Assembly: GCA_031285625.1 (NCBI GenBank)
Contig: JAITVV010000043.1
Coordinates: 1 to 64,000 of the forward strand
Direction: 5' to 3'
DNA from: Prevotella sp.
GTDB taxonomy: Bacteria > Bacteroidota > Bacteroidia > Bacteroidales > Dysgonomonadaceae
DNA: 64,000 nucleotides
Part shown: piece after piece, positions 42,616 to 53,248 of the stretch
How the letters are laid out: the number at the start of each line of letters is the position of its first letter
Numbering within the stretch: the first letter of the stretch is position 1
Program-made: the position numbers and the translations under genes
The notes under the pieces: model-generated
The model's database searches: none
Seen by the model: only the letters and a program-made list of their open reading frames with translations
Told to the model about the DNA's origin: nothing

Positions 42616-44676
42616 ATGAACAAGATCTTTTTTTATTTACCGATTGCCGCTCTGGCTATTACGCATATGAGTTGCAAACAGAAGGCAACCGCACAGGATT
42701 CGAAAGCTGATATGGAAAATGCTACAGCAAAATTTGATATTGCCAATATGGATACAACAGCCATAGCTGGCAACGATTTCTATCAGTACGCAACAGGAGG
42801 ATGGGCTAAAGCTAATCCGATCAAAGATGAGTATGCACGCTATGGTTCTTTCGACCAGTTGGCAGAAAGGAATCAGGAACAGGTAAAAGGACTTATTGAG
42901 GAACTGGGAAAAACAGAACACAAACAAGGTTCTATTGCACAAAAAATTGGTGACCTTTTTGCTCTGGGTATGGATAGTACCAAACTTAATACAGATGGGG
43001 TAAAACCGTTACAGGCACAATTGGATAAAATAAAAAATGCTTCAACAATTACCGATATCGTAAAACTGACCGGGGAACTCAGGAGGTATGCAAGATCGCC
43101 TTTCTTCGGACTATATGTAGGTGCTGATGATAAAAACAGTTCTATGAATATAGTTCAACTTTATCAGGGAGGCCTTGGTCTTGGCGAGCGTGATTATTAC
43201 ATTGCTAAAGATTCTACATCTGTAGCTCTTCGTAACGGTTACCTTAATCTTATAAAAACTCAATTTGTAAATGCCGGTTATACAGAAGCCGATGCACAGA
43301 AATCTGCTGATGCTATCTTGAAAATAGAAACAGCTCTGGCTACTGATCACTTCAAAAAAGAAGATACCAGAAAGCCCGAGTTGAATTATCATAAGATGAA
43401 GGTTAAAGACCTGAACAAATCGGTAGCAGGCTTCGAATGGGATGTATTCTTCGATGCAGCCGGAGCTAAAGGCTTTACAGACATAAATGTAGCACAGGTA
43501 AAACCAGTTGCCACAGCCATAAATCTCATACATTCTCTTCCTATCGATGAAAGCAAAGCATATCTTTCATGGTGCCTGATCAATTCTGCAGCATCTTATC
43601 TGAGCGACAGCTTTGTGAATGCCAACTTTAATTTTTATGGTAAGCAGCTAAGTGGACGTAAAGTATTGCAACCTCGTTGGAAACGTACCGTAAGCACTGT
43701 TGACGGAGCATTAAGCGAAGCAGTAGGACAAATGTATGTTGAAAAATATTTTCCTGCTGAAGCCAAAGAAAGAATGTTGGATCTGGTAAAGAATCTACAG
43801 GTAACATTAGGGGAACGCATCAATAATCTTTCATGGATGAGTGATGTTACAAAAGCTAAAGCTCAGGAAAAATTGAATTCATTTACTGTAAAAATAGGTT
43901 ATCCGGACAAATGGAAAGACTATACCAGCCTGGAAGTAAAAAAAGATTCTTATTGGGAAAATATCGTTCGTGCAAATGAATTCGACTATAATGAAATGAT
44001 CAATAAGATCAATAAACCTGTAGATAAGAGTGAATGGCATATGCCTCCACAAATGGTAAATGCATATTACAACCCTACAACGAATGAGATATGCTTCCCT
44101 GCAGGTATTTTACAGCCACCATTCTTCTATCTTAATGAAGACGATGCTGTGAATTATGGAGCCATAGGTGTTGTTATCGGTCATGAAATGTCTCACGGAT
44201 TTGACGATCAAGGTTCTCAATACGATAAAGAAGGAAACCTGTCTAACTGGTGGACTAAAGACGACTCTAAGAAATTCAACGAAAGAGCACAAGTGTTGGT
44301 TCAACATTTTAATAAGATTGAAGTTCTTCCGGGAGTATTCGGAAATGGAGAATTTACTTTAGGTGAAAATATCGGTGACTTTGGTGGTTTGCAGATCTCA
44401 TATAATGCATTTGAGAAAACCGAAGAAGCTAAGAAAGGTGAGAAGATAGACGGCTACACTCCTGAACAACGATTCTTCCTTTCTTATGCCGGAGTATGGG
44501 CAGGCAACATACGTGATGCAGAAATACTTCGCCGTACGAAGACTGATCCTCACTCATTAGGCAAATGGCGTGTAAATGGTGCATTACCTCATATCGACGG
44601 ATGGTACAAAGCCTTTAACATTACAGAAGACAATTCTCTTTATATACCAAAAGAAAAAAGAGCTGATATCTGGTAA
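42616..44676 (+). CDS. pepO: M13 family metalloendopeptidase (PepO-like)
   Basis: VNAYY, GHEMSHGFD (HExxH), GENIGD. Confidence 0.93.
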   Translation: MNKIFFYLPIAALAITHMSCKQKATAQDSKADMENATAKFDIANMDTTAIAGNDFYQYATGGWAKANPIKDEYARYGSFDQLAERNQEQVKGLIEELGKTEHKQGSIAQKIGDLFALGMDSTKLNTDGVKPLQAQLDKIKNASTITDIVKLTGELRRYARSPFFGLYVGADDKNSSMNIVQLYQGGLGLGERDYYIAKDSTSVALRNGYLNLIKTQFVNAGYTEADAQKSADAILKIETALATDHFKKEDTRKPELNYHKMKVKDLNKSVAGFEWDVFFDAAGAKGFTDINVAQVKPVATAINLIHSLPIDESKAYLSWCLINSAASYLSDSFVNANFNFYGKQLSGRKVLQPRWKRTVSTVDGALSEAVGQMYVEKYFPAEAKERMLDLVKNLQVTLGERINNLSWMSDVTKAKAQEKLNSFTVKIGYPDKWKDYTSLEVKKDSYWENIVRANEFDYNEMINKINKPVDKSEWHMPPQMVNAYYNPTTNEICFPAGILQPPFFYLNEDDAVNYGAIGVVIGHEMSHGFDDQGSQYDKEGNLSNWWTKDDSKKFNERAQVLVQHFNKIEVLPGVFGNGEFTLGENIGDFGGLQISYNAFEKTEEAKKGEKIDGYTPEQRFFLSYAGVWAGNIRDAEILRRTKTDPHSLGKWRVNGALPHIDGWYKAFNITEDNSLYIPKEKRADIW

Positions 44677-44694
44677 TAGAAAATCATAGATAAT

Positions 44695-44730
44695 AATAAG
44701 AGGCCCATTTTATTGGGCCTCTTATTTTTT
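44695..44730 (+). terminator. intrinsic terminator
   Basis: AATAAGAGGCCCA/TGGGCCTCTTATT plus T-run. Confidence 0.88.
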
Positions 44731-44900
44731 ATAATACCATATCATTTATTTACACCCACTTATATTATCTCTAACCCCTTAGCGACAAAAGAAATGGAGT
44801 TTTACATATTGTATTTATAGCCCATTCATCAATGTAAGGCACTGTTACTGTGTTGATTTATTGATTATATTTGGCTATCCTGAATCAATTATAAATACTT

Positions 44901-46145
44901 ATGAAAGCTTCTAACATTTTATTATCCGCCTCAATCCTATTATCCATCTTTCTATCCTGTACCAATAGAACTGAGAAAACATACTATCTCGATGGAGAAG
45001 GAATATCCAAAGAGGCGTTAAGCAACTATCTGGACAGATCGATCACCATGGTATACTTCCTGATGCCGGACAAACCTGAAGGAAGAAGAACCTATCCATA
45101 TCACGAAGATGATATACGAATGGTGAAAGACCTTAAAGCTAAGTTTATCGGACGATCTATTTACCGTTGGGGAGGAGAATCTTTACTCAATACCCAAGCC
45201 TTCTGGAAAAAAGCCAAGACGCTGATAAACGAAATGCATTCATTCGATTCCGATATGATCTTCCAGGCATGTATATTCGAAGTTATTACACAGGATGTAG
45301 ATAGTGTGAAAATTCCAGATTGGGTATTCCATGATTTCAACCTTCCTATAGAAAACCGTCATTTTTCTTATATGGATATGCTCAATGATGAAGGAAAACT
45401 GGTCGACCACTGGCGCAAAGGCAGCAGTGTACCCGATGTAAGTAAGCTGGAAACCCAACTTTGGTTTTATTATCTGGCAGGCTCCTATATCAGCCTGGGA
45501 TGTGAGGCCATACATATAGGGCAGGTCGGACTAATCGGAATGAATGACCCGGAACTTGAGTCATGGGACAAAACACTGAAAAAGATCCGCAAATATGCAC
45601 AAAAAAATGCAAGACGAAACTGGGTACTTATCGATGCTCATGTACCTACGGGAGGCATGGTAAAGGATGGTATCAGTTTACTTGACTTTAACTCATTTCC
45701 TTTGAGGATAAAAGAGATACCTGAAAAACCATATGAAGGCATATTAGAAGTTGGATATCAGGATGCCATATACACTAAAAGCAAAGGTTGCATATCACCC
45801 AGCGGATGGGAATGTGAGCACCTCCCCTATCTGGTTGAGTTTGATAACTATGGAAGAGGAAAAGATGCAAACATAGCAGATCATGAGAGTCACTACGTAT
45901 GGGGATGGGACGAAATATCATGGCTATCGCTACAACCCGAGGAATACCGCAATGAATGGATAAAATATGCTTATAACTGGCTGAAAGATACCGACTCTGC
46001 CGGACACCTTGAAATGCCAGGATTCAGAATGATTACCTGCCCCAACGAAACAGAGAACAGCTATAGAGCAAATACTAAAAGCGAAGATTGTCCTTTCGGA
46101 TATTCCCAGGAGGAAACTATAAAAAAATTATGGACTAGTGATTAA
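44901..46145 (+). CDS. hypothetical lipoprotein (possible TIM-barrel hydrolase)
   Basis: Lipobox FLSC; Trp/aromatic-rich; TAtaTTTG promoter near 44866. Confidence 0.8.
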   Translation: MKASNILLSASILLSIFLSCTNRTEKTYYLDGEGISKEALSNYLDRSITMVYFLMPDKPEGRRTYPYHEDDIRMVKDLKAKFIGRSIYRWGGESLLNTQAFWKKAKTLINEMHSFDSDMIFQACIFEVITQDVDSVKIPDWVFHDFNLPIENRHFSYMDMLNDEGKLVDHWRKGSSVPDVSKLETQLWFYYLAGSYISLGCEAIHIGQVGLIGMNDPELESWDKTLKKIRKYAQKNARRNWVLIDAHVPTGGMVKDGISLLDFNSFPLRIKEIPEKPYEGILEVGYQDAIYTKSKGCISPSGWECEHLPYLVEFDNYGRGKDANIADHESHYVWGWDEISWLSLQPEEYRNEWIKYAYNWLKDTDSAGHLEMPGFRMITCPNETENSYRANTKSEDCPFGYSQEETIKKLWTSD

Positions 46146-46219
46146 ATCCTTTTCTCCCTATTGCTAATAAATAACTTCTTTACAATAAGATAATTTTCAA
46201 AAAAAAAGATAAAGACCAA

Positions 46220-46957
46220 TTATACTTCTTTCTGTATTAATTTATCAAATTCTTCCCGACTTCCAACAAAGGCGTTAAGATCAACAACAGTACTAATACC
46301 ATCAATCCGTCCTCTGTTAGTATATTGCCAGAATAACCAATTACGACCATCAGGCAATTTGGGCTTTGATAATATATCCCGTATCCATATGGGATTATCC
46401 GGAAACTGACCGATAAGATAATTCTTATAGAACTCGTTTGTAGTATATATAAGTACCTTTCGTTGATAGTGGTTTTCTGTAATTTCCATATATTTAGCTA
46501 TCTCGGCAATAATATCTTCTTTTCTGTTTGCTTCTTGACAATTACCACCATACTCCAGATCTATAATCGGGGGTAGATCTATACTATCTTTAGGAACATA
46601 ATGAATATAATTACGTGCCTGAACATCACCATCTTTGCAGAACGTAAAAAAGTGATATGCTCCCACTGGGATATTATTGCGTATAGCTTCCCGCCAATTA
46701 TCCTGAAAAAGTGAATCTTTGTGATTACCTCCCTCTGTAGCCTTAATAAAAGCAAACTGTACAGCATTCCGATCCAGCCTGTCCCAGTCTATTTTCTGCT
46801 GATGATGAGATACATCTATACCCTGCACCGGATACTCTTCATAAGAAGGATAGTTCATACGAATATAACCTTTATTATATGCATAATACAGGTAGCCACC
46901 AACCCCGATGACCAGTGCAGCTGCAATAAAAGAAAATAAAACTAACCTCTTTTTCAT
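46220..46957 (-). CDS. GH25 lysozyme/muramidase with N-terminal TM anchor
   Basis: GIDVSHHQ, FIKATEG, GAYHFF, DLE, FWQY, VDLN. Confidence 0.93.
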   Translation of the reverse strand: MKKRLVLFSFIAAALVIGVGGYLYYAYNKGYIRMNYPSYEEYPVQGIDVSHHQQKIDWDRLDRNAVQFAFIKATEGGNHKDSLFQDNWREAIRNNIPVGAYHFFTFCKDGDVQARNYIHYVPKDSIDLPPIIDLEYGGNCQEANRKEDIIAEIAKYMEITENHYQRKVLIYTTNEFYKNYLIGQFPDNPIWIRDILSKPKLPDGRNWLFWQYTNRGRIDGISTVVDLNAFVGSREEFDKLIQKEV

Positions 46958-47077
46958 ACGGAGATTAAAGTTAATAGATAATATCATTTTAATTGAGATA
47001 ATAGTCACAATTTTCTTTCAGAATGTGGAAATTATCTTTATTTTTGATAAAAATTATTAATCAAAAAAGGAATAGCT

Positions 47078-47490
47078 ATGTCAGAATTTAATCAAGAGAA
47101 TCAGAATTATCAATCTCAAGGTTATCAGTCTACCCCTTATCAGGCAAATAATCTGGACGATTTTTCAAAACCGCTCAAGCGGCTAATAATCTAGCTTTAT
47201 CAATTGTAGCAACTGTACTGAGTCTTATCACATGTTGCGGATGGGTAAGTTGTCTTGGTGTCATATTAGGTATTATTGCAATTGTGTTCTCTACACAAGT
47301 AGATTCAAAATATGCACTAGGCGATTATGCTGGTGCTGAAAATGCTGCAAAATATGCTAAAATATTATCATTAGTAGCTATCGGAACAATTGTTCTTTCT
47401 ATAGTTCTTATCATTGTTTCTGTAATAGTTGGAGGAGGAATAGATGCCTTCATGAACAGTTATAAAGAAGCGTTGGAGCAATACAGTTAA
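47078..47490 (+). pseudogene. CD225/dispanin-family membrane protein, 1-nt frameshift near 47180
   Basis: ATG 47078 frame stops at 47192-47194; the other frame reads ANNLALSIVATVLSLITCC..GIIAIVFSTQV into track ORF 47284..47490. Confidence 0.75.
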
Positions 47491-47512
47491 TCAACTCTAT
47501 TCACATTATATA

Positions 47513-47547
47513 GAAAGGTAATTTTGCGGAATTACCTTTCATTTTTT
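47513..47547 (+). terminator. hairpin with T-tract between the CD225 and DUF2752 genes
   Basis: GAAAGGTAATT/AATTACCTTTC then ATTTTTT. Confidence 0.6.
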
Positions 47548-47955
47548 ATGAAAAAATATATCCTCATTATATTAGCAATCCTGCTTCCCATTGTTATCTT
47601 TTTAGTATATTATTTCATTTATAATATATCCGAAAACAATGGTTTATGCTCATTCAAAGAAATTACAGGACTCGAGTGTCCGGGATGTGGCGGACAGCGT
47701 AGCATATACTACTTATTACATGGAGATATATTGCAGGCATTACATTATAATGCCTTCTTTATACTAGCTGCACCATTCCTCCTGTATTTCTACTATCTTG
47801 GAGTAAGAGTATATATACTGAAGCAAGAGAGATATTTAAAAAGCTTCGTATTTTCATCATATTTTGCATATTCCCTGCTAATTTCTGTGGTTGTATTCTT
47901 TATCCTAAGGAATATACCTATATCTCCTTTCACTTATCTGGCTCCCCCTCAATAA
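47548..47955 (+). CDS. DUF2752 membrane protein
   Basis: CSFKEITGLECPGCGGQRS..LLHGD..ALHYN..ILRN. Confidence 0.9.
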   Translation: MKKYILIILAILLPIVIFLVYYFIYNISENNGLCSFKEITGLECPGCGGQRSIYYLLHGDILQALHYNAFFILAAPFLLYFYYLGVRVYILKQERYLKSFVFSSYFAYSLLISVVVFFILRNIPISPFTYLAPPQ

Positions 47956-48089
47956 GAGGCAAAAGTCGAAATAGCCTATTAAATTATTACTTTGTCATGT
48001 AATGAAGAATCCCGACCCTCCGGACACGAGATGTTTCACTCCGTTCAACATGACAAAGAGATAGTAAAAATTACTTTTGGGACAACCTC
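47956..48089. mobile_element. second MITE-like element (family 1 core with IS1182-like ends, left IR partly deleted)
   Basis: GAGGC-AAAAGT...CACGAGATGTTTCACTCCGTTCAACATGACAAA...ACTTTTGGGACAACCTC; fills the gap between convergent stop codons. Confidence 0.65.
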
Positions 48090-49209
48090 ATAGTACTTTT
48101 TTAAATCTCTCCAAAAATATTTTGGATTCCTCAATAGTCAGGCATAATGGTGGTAACAAACGGAAAACGTGTGTCCCTGTGGCTCCTGTAAATACTTTCT
48201 CTTCAAAAAGCAATTTAGATCTCTTCTCTTTAATCGGCTCGTCAAATTCCATTCCGATCATCAGGCCTCGTCCTCTGACCTCTTTTATCTGAGGGAATTT
48301 CTTCAATTCATTCATAAGAAACTCACCTACATTATACGCATTCTCTACCAGTTTTTCCTCTTTCATTATATCCAGTACTGCAATAGCAGCTGCACATGCC
48401 AAATGATTACCTCCAAAAGTAGTACCTAATTGTCCATAAACAGCCTTAAACATTGGATTTATCAATACTCCTGCCATAGGAAAACCATTTCCTATACCTT
48501 TTGCCACAGTTATCAGATCAGCCTTAATATCAGCATATTGGTGGGCAAAGAATTTACCGCTACGACCATATCCCGATTGTATTTCATCAAGAATCAGTAT
48601 TGTACCGGTTTGGGTACAAATTTCACGAAGTTCCTTCAGGAAGCTATCATAAGGGATCTGTATTCCGGCAACCCCCTGAATACCTTCGATTATTACAGAG
48701 CAGTATTCTTTAGTTTCCAGTTCCTTCTTTACAAACTCTATATCATTGAACGGAGCAAATACATAATTAGGATTATGATTTACAGGAGCAGAATAGCTGG
48801 GGATATCTGTCGCCGCTACTGTTGCCGATGTACGACCATGAAAAGCCTTATTAAATGCTAAAACTTTCTTGCGTCCATTATGGAAAGAGGCAAGCTTTAT
48901 TGCGTTCTCGTTTGCTTCAGCACCCGAGTTAATAAGGAAAAGGAAGTAATCAGGATAGCCACATTGCTCTCCGAGCTTCTGAGCCACCTCGATCTGTAAT
49001 TTATTAATCACAGAATTTGAATAAAATCCAAGCTTATTTAGCTGGTCTGTCAGTTTTTCTACATAATAAGGGTGCGTATGCCCAACAGATATTACAGCAT
49101 GTCCCCCATAAAGGTCAAGATATTCGTTACCTTTTTCATCATATACATAGCATCCCTTCCCTTTTACGACATTTATATCGAATAATGGAAATACGTCAAA
49201 TAATTTCAT
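48088..49209 (-). CDS. argD: acetylornithine aminotransferase
   Basis: YLDLYGGHAV, NSGAEANE, FHGRT, DEIQSGYGRSG, AKGIGNG; arg cluster context. Confidence 0.93.
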   Translation of the reverse strand: MKLFDVFPLFDINVVKGKGCYVYDEKGNEYLDLYGGHAVISVGHTHPYYVEKLTDQLNKLGFYSNSVINKLQIEVAQKLGEQCGYPDYFLFLINSGAEANENAIKLASFHNGRKKVLAFNKAFHGRTSATVAATDIPSYSAPVNHNPNYVFAPFNDIEFVKKELETKEYCSVIIEGIQGVAGIQIPYDSFLKELREICTQTGTILILDEIQSGYGRSGKFFAHQYADIKADLITVAKGIGNGFPMAGVLINPMFKAVYGQLGTTFGGNHLACAAAIAVLDIMKEEKLVENAYNVGEFLMNELKKFPQIKEVRGRGLMIGMEFDEPIKEKRSKLLFEEKVFTGATGTHVFRLLPPLCLTIEESKIFLERFKKVL

Positions 49210-49221
49210 TTCAAGTTTATA

Positions 49222-50550
49222 TTAGTTATTAATTTCTTTTATTACTTCTATCAATCTTTCTTGTTCCAATATATATGTTCCAAGCCTGTCTTCCGAAATT
49301 CCATCTTTTAACTTATAAGTATATTCGGGAAATCCATTCTGTTTTATAATCTCTAGATACTTAAACTGAATATTAGATATACTCACAAGCTGCGACGTAA
49401 TCTCAATAATATGGGTTGATACGGCAAAACAAGAGTTACGAACTTCCGAAAAAGCCGATATAACAGCCAAAGACCCGTCATAAGCATCTTTGACATTAGT
49501 ACCTCTGAATAGCTCATCAAATATGACTAACAAATTATTAACCTTAAGTCTTTCTGCTATATATTTTATTCTTAATACTTCTGAGTAAAAGTGACTATAT
49601 CCTGAATTTAAGCTATCAGATAGATTTATAGTAGTATACAATCCTGAAAACAGACTAAAGCACATACTTTTTGCCGGAACAGGGAAACCGGCATGAGCAA
49701 GGAAAACAGCTATACCTAAAGACTTTAGAAACGTTGATTTCCCAGCCATATTTGGTCCTGAAACGAAAAGAAGATTCTTATCGGGATTAAAATCAATATT
49801 ATTCTTTACAGGGTCCTTCAGGAACGGATGGAACAAGCCCTCAATCCTTATCATATTTTTCTCCGGCGAAACCTCAGGAAATGACAAACTATATTTTTCT
49901 GCAGCTTTAGACAACGACATAAAGACATCATATTCATACATCAAGTCTAGAAGAAAGTTTATCTGAGCTTTATGCGTATAACGAAATAAATAATCGTATT
50001 GTGCAGTTTTATATGCACTTATTTTCTCTAAACTTTTTATTTCCGATATTGCAGCATATTCATCCTGAGAAAACAATTTAGATATTTTTTCATTGTTTTT
50101 TTCAATTAAATCCGGACATCCTTTTTCCTGCAAATCTAAAGACAGCTTGTATAAAGAATTTATTAAATCAAGCGTATAATCTACCCCCCTTTCGATAATA
50201 TAATAATCATTATTAGGACTCAGTTTGTTCAAAAATCCTTTTTCAATAGCAGCAAACCTTGAAGGGGGCTGTGTAGGGTAATTACCCAAAGTCAGGTAAT
50301 GCTCTATAAAATCAAGAGAATTTTTATCTATATCTACTGTTATTTTTGAATTCTTAAAAAAGGCTATTGCATCTACTCTTTGACGGATATCATCGAAATT
50401 ATCCAATGGTGAGTTTAAAAAGTCATACAGTTTATTTTTTCCACCAAGACTACGCGTAAAATTAAACAGATCAAAAATAGACTTACTATTCTTAACCGTT
50501 TTAAAAATTTCTATGTCTTTCAATGTCTGACTATCAAACTCAAAACTCAT
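49222..50550 (-). CDS. short MutS-related ATPase (domain V plus partial III)
   Basis: GLFHP, SGPNMAGKST, SHFYSEV, FDELFRGTN, STH; no mismatch-recognition domain. Confidence 0.9.
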   Translation of the reverse strand: MSFEFDSQTLKDIEIFKTVKNSKSIFDLFNFTRSLGGKNKLYDFLNSPLDNFDDIRQRVDAIAFFKNSKITVDIDKNSLDFIEHYLTLGNYPTQPPSRFAAIEKGFLNKLSPNNDYYIIERGVDYTLDLINSLYKLSLDLQEKGCPDLIEKNNEKISKLFSQDEYAAISEIKSLEKISAYKTAQYDYLFRYTHKAQINFLLDLMYEYDVFMSLSKAAEKYSLSFPEVSPEKNMIRIEGLFHPFLKDPVKNNIDFNPDKNLLFVSGPNMAGKSTFLKSLGIAVFLAHAGFPVPAKSMCFSLFSGLYTTINLSDSLNSGYSHFYSEVLRIKYIAERLKVNNLLVIFDELFRGTNVKDAYDGSLAVISAFSEVRNSCFAVSTHIIEITSQLVSISNIQFKYLEIIKQNGFPEYTYKLKDGISEDRLGTYILEQERLIEVIKEINN

Positions 50551-50562
50551 TTACACTGACTT

Positions 50563-51927
50563 TTACAATGAGATATTATTTATCAATTCTATCAATCCTT
50601 CTTTCTTTATAATATACATGCCCAGCCGGATATCGGTAACTCCTTCTTTCAGCTTATATGTATATACCGGATGACCGTCTTCTTCTTTGATATCGAAATA
50701 GCAAAATTTTATATTTTCATTGGATTGCAACTCTCTGGCAACCTCTACAATATGCGAAGAAATAACAAAAAATGAAGTCTTAATCTTTGCAAAAGCAGAT
50801 ACAACAGATAGCGTACCATCATAAGCATCTTTCACATTAGTCCCCCGGAATAATTCATCAAAGAGAACCATCATATTATTATTTTGCTGCAATTTATTGG
50901 CAACATCTTTGATCCTCATCACCTCAGCATAAAAGTGGCTGTATCCCGAATTCAGATTATCAGAGATATTAATCGTAGTCGATAACCCGGACAGTATACT
51001 AAGTTTCAGCTTGCTGGCAGGAACAGGAAAACCGGCATGAGCCAGATAGACAGAAACTCCCAAAGCTTTCAGAAATGTAGATTTTCCCGCCATATTAGGA
51101 CCTGATACAAATAACAAATTAGATGAGGCTCCAAAACTCACATCATTTGCTACCGCATTCTCTACAAAAGGATGAAACAGACCTTCTATCTCAAGACAAT
51201 TTTCATTATCTGACACCATTTCAGGATATGAGAAATCATACATCTCGGCAGCTTTAGCTATCGACCTGAAAGCATCGTATTCATAGATAACATCCAGAAA
51301 GAACCTAAGATAATTTTTATCCGCATACCGAAATAAATAATCGTAGGTAGTAGTTTCTGTTGTTTTCACTTTCTTATGCTTTATAATATCAGCATAATCA
51401 GGTTCGGAAAGTATCCTGATCACCTCATTACTATTCCTTAAAAGTAATTTCGGTATATATTCATTTTTCGATCTGTCAATTAAAGTTTGAGAAAATAGAT
51501 GAAGTGTTTTTAATAGATCTATTGCTGCACCAACTCCGTTTTTAATCAAATAATAATCATTATTCGTGCTCAGTTTATCCAGCAAAAATTTCTCAAAGGC
51601 CATGTACCGGGAGGGAGATTTCGTCGGATAATTAGCATGTCTGAGATAATACTCTGTAAAGTCAAGAGAATTTTTATCCACACTCATACCTGCTGGACAA
51701 TGTTTCTGAAAAAAGGCAATAGCTTCTTTTCGCTCTGTAATCTCATCCAGATCAGTTGAAGGAGAAGCCAGAAAACTATGTATTTTCTTTTTTCCCCCAA
51801 AACATTTGGTATGATCGAACAAATCAAATACAGATGTTCCGTTACTGACTGTATTAAATATCTCGAGATCTTTCTTTGTTTGACTATCAACTTCAAATTT
51901 CATATTTTCCATATTATAAGATTCCAC
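50563..51927 (-). CDS. short MutS-related ATPase (paralog of the adjacent gene)
   Basis: GLFHP, SGPNMAGKST, SHFYAEV, FDELFRGTN, SSH. Confidence 0.9.
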   Translation of the reverse strand: MESYNMENMKFEVDSQTKKDLEIFNTVSNGTSVFDLFDHTKCFGGKKKIHSFLASPSTDLDEITERKEAIAFFQKHCPAGMSVDKNSLDFTEYYLRHANYPTKSPSRYMAFEKFLLDKLSTNNDYYLIKNGVGAAIDLLKTLHLFSQTLIDRSKNEYIPKLLLRNSNEVIRILSEPDYADIIKHKKVKTTETTTYDYLFRYADKNYLRFFLDVIYEYDAFRSIAKAAEMYDFSYPEMVSDNENCLEIEGLFHPFVENAVANDVSFGASSNLLFVSGPNMAGKSTFLKALGVSVYLAHAGFPVPASKLKLSILSGLSTTINISDNLNSGYSHFYAEVMRIKDVANKLQQNNNMMVLFDELFRGTNVKDAYDGTLSVVSAFAKIKTSFFVISSHIVEVARELQSNENIKFCYFDIKEEDGHPVYTYKLKEGVTDIRLGMYIIKKEGLIELINNISL

Positions 51928-51973
51928 CTATTCTTTTATAATATAGATGAAATATGAGATTATATTCCATAAG

Positions 51974-52033
51974 AAAAAGTGACAAAAGTGACAAAAGTAA
52001 CAGGTATTGTGTATTTTCTAATGTAACTTTTTC
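51974..52033 (+). repeat. intergenic motif family 2, copy E
   Basis: AAAAAGTGACAAAAGTGACAAAAGTAACA-N19-TGTAACTTTTTC (three direct units). Confidence 0.8.
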
Positions 52034-52078
52034 ATCTTATCCAAAACTCGATACCTCTTATTATAAGATAATATTAGC

Positions 52079-53209
52079 CTATAATTCTCTCATATAACCT
52101 ACAATTGTCTTCATCGCAGTACCCCAGTTTAACCGCGTCTCAAAATCGTTATATGCAGATAAGGCAAGTTCATTGTAGTATTCCTTATTATTAAATATCT
52201 TATAAATCTGTTCTGCATAATCCTTTGGCGCCACATCCGGACTAAGGATTATTCCGTTTGTATCGTTCACAATAGATGGAATTCCCCCTGTAGCGGCAGA
52301 TATACAGGGAACACCGTATGACATAGCTTCTGAAAATACAATCGGAGTACAATCTGCCCGCGATGGAATAAACAGGAAATGGCTTTGTAAGATCAAGTCC
52401 TCCACTTTTTTCATTCCTTCGGGAGTAGCCTTACTTATCCGTCCATGATTAATGATATATGGAGGAAGGTTTTCCACTACCAGATCGTCTATGCCAACTA
52501 TATGCAGTTCCACCGGCTGATGCAACTCTTCATTTAAAAATTTAACAGCCTCAATGGTTATATCACCACCTTTGCGAAACCACTCTACGCCAAGAAAAAG
52601 TATTTTACATACATTCGGGTCTCTCCTTTTTACTGCATCTTTTATTTCATCTAAAGATAATTGCCTGGTAGAAATATTTGCTCCGAAAGGTACAATCTTT
52701 ACTTTGGCAGGATCAGTGTTATAATCTTTAATAGCACTATCTGCAGCCCACTGTGAACTATAAATAGCCAGACTCGAAGTATCTAATGATAATTGCTCCA
52801 TCTGCGTCCCCTCTTTGATATATAGTTCACTAAGGTTTGTAAAATAGTTATAATAATTAATCATAGAGGCAAACGTGGCATCCGTATAGATTACTTTATG
52901 CTTACTGGTTTTCAGGTAAGACATCAGAGTAGAACTATGTGAAAACAGGATATCAGTTGCAGGATTTAATCGTGCCGATATTTGCTTAGCATAATTTTTC
53001 CCAAATTCAGGCGAACGATCAGCCCTGTATATCTTATTTCTTCCATATAACCTATTCTTTACTTTAAGAGAGAATGTCCAGTCCTCATGCAGATCTGTGA
53101 TATAATCTACGTGGGCATATTTTGCAAGGCTGGTCGCTTGAAAATGAACAGTACCTGACCAATGCTTTATATCAATCGATGGAAAATTAGTTACATAAGT
53201 TACATTCAT
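52079..53209 (-). CDS. GT4 (GT-B) glycosyltransferase
   Basis: VPFGAN, FLGVEWFRKGGD, PSRADCTPIVFSEAMSYGVP..TGGIP. Confidence 0.9.
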   Translation of the reverse strand: MNVTYVTNFPSIDIKHWSGTVHFQATSLAKYAHVDYITDLHEDWTFSLKVKNRLYGRNKIYRADRSPEFGKNYAKQISARLNPATDILFSHSSTLMSYLKTSKHKVIYTDATFASMINYYNYFTNLSELYIKEGTQMEQLSLDTSSLAIYSSQWAADSAIKDYNTDPAKVKIVPFGANISTRQLSLDEIKDAVKRRDPNVCKILFLGVEWFRKGGDITIEAVKFLNEELHQPVELHIVGIDDLVVENLPPYIINHGRISKATPEGMKKVEDLILQSHFLFIPSRADCTPIVFSEAMSYGVPCISAATGGIPSIVNDTNGIILSPDVAPKDYAEQIYKIFNNKEYYNELALSAYNDFETRLNWGTAMKTIVGYMREL

Positions 53210-53248
53210 TGTCTATTCTTTTTTAAGTAAAGATAAGGTTTATTTTTA

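Noticed and set aside
46220-46957. GH25 lysozyme as a prophage endolysin
   Set aside because: No holin, structural or integrase genes nearby; TM-anchored GH25 is a usual chromosomal gene in Bacteroidales
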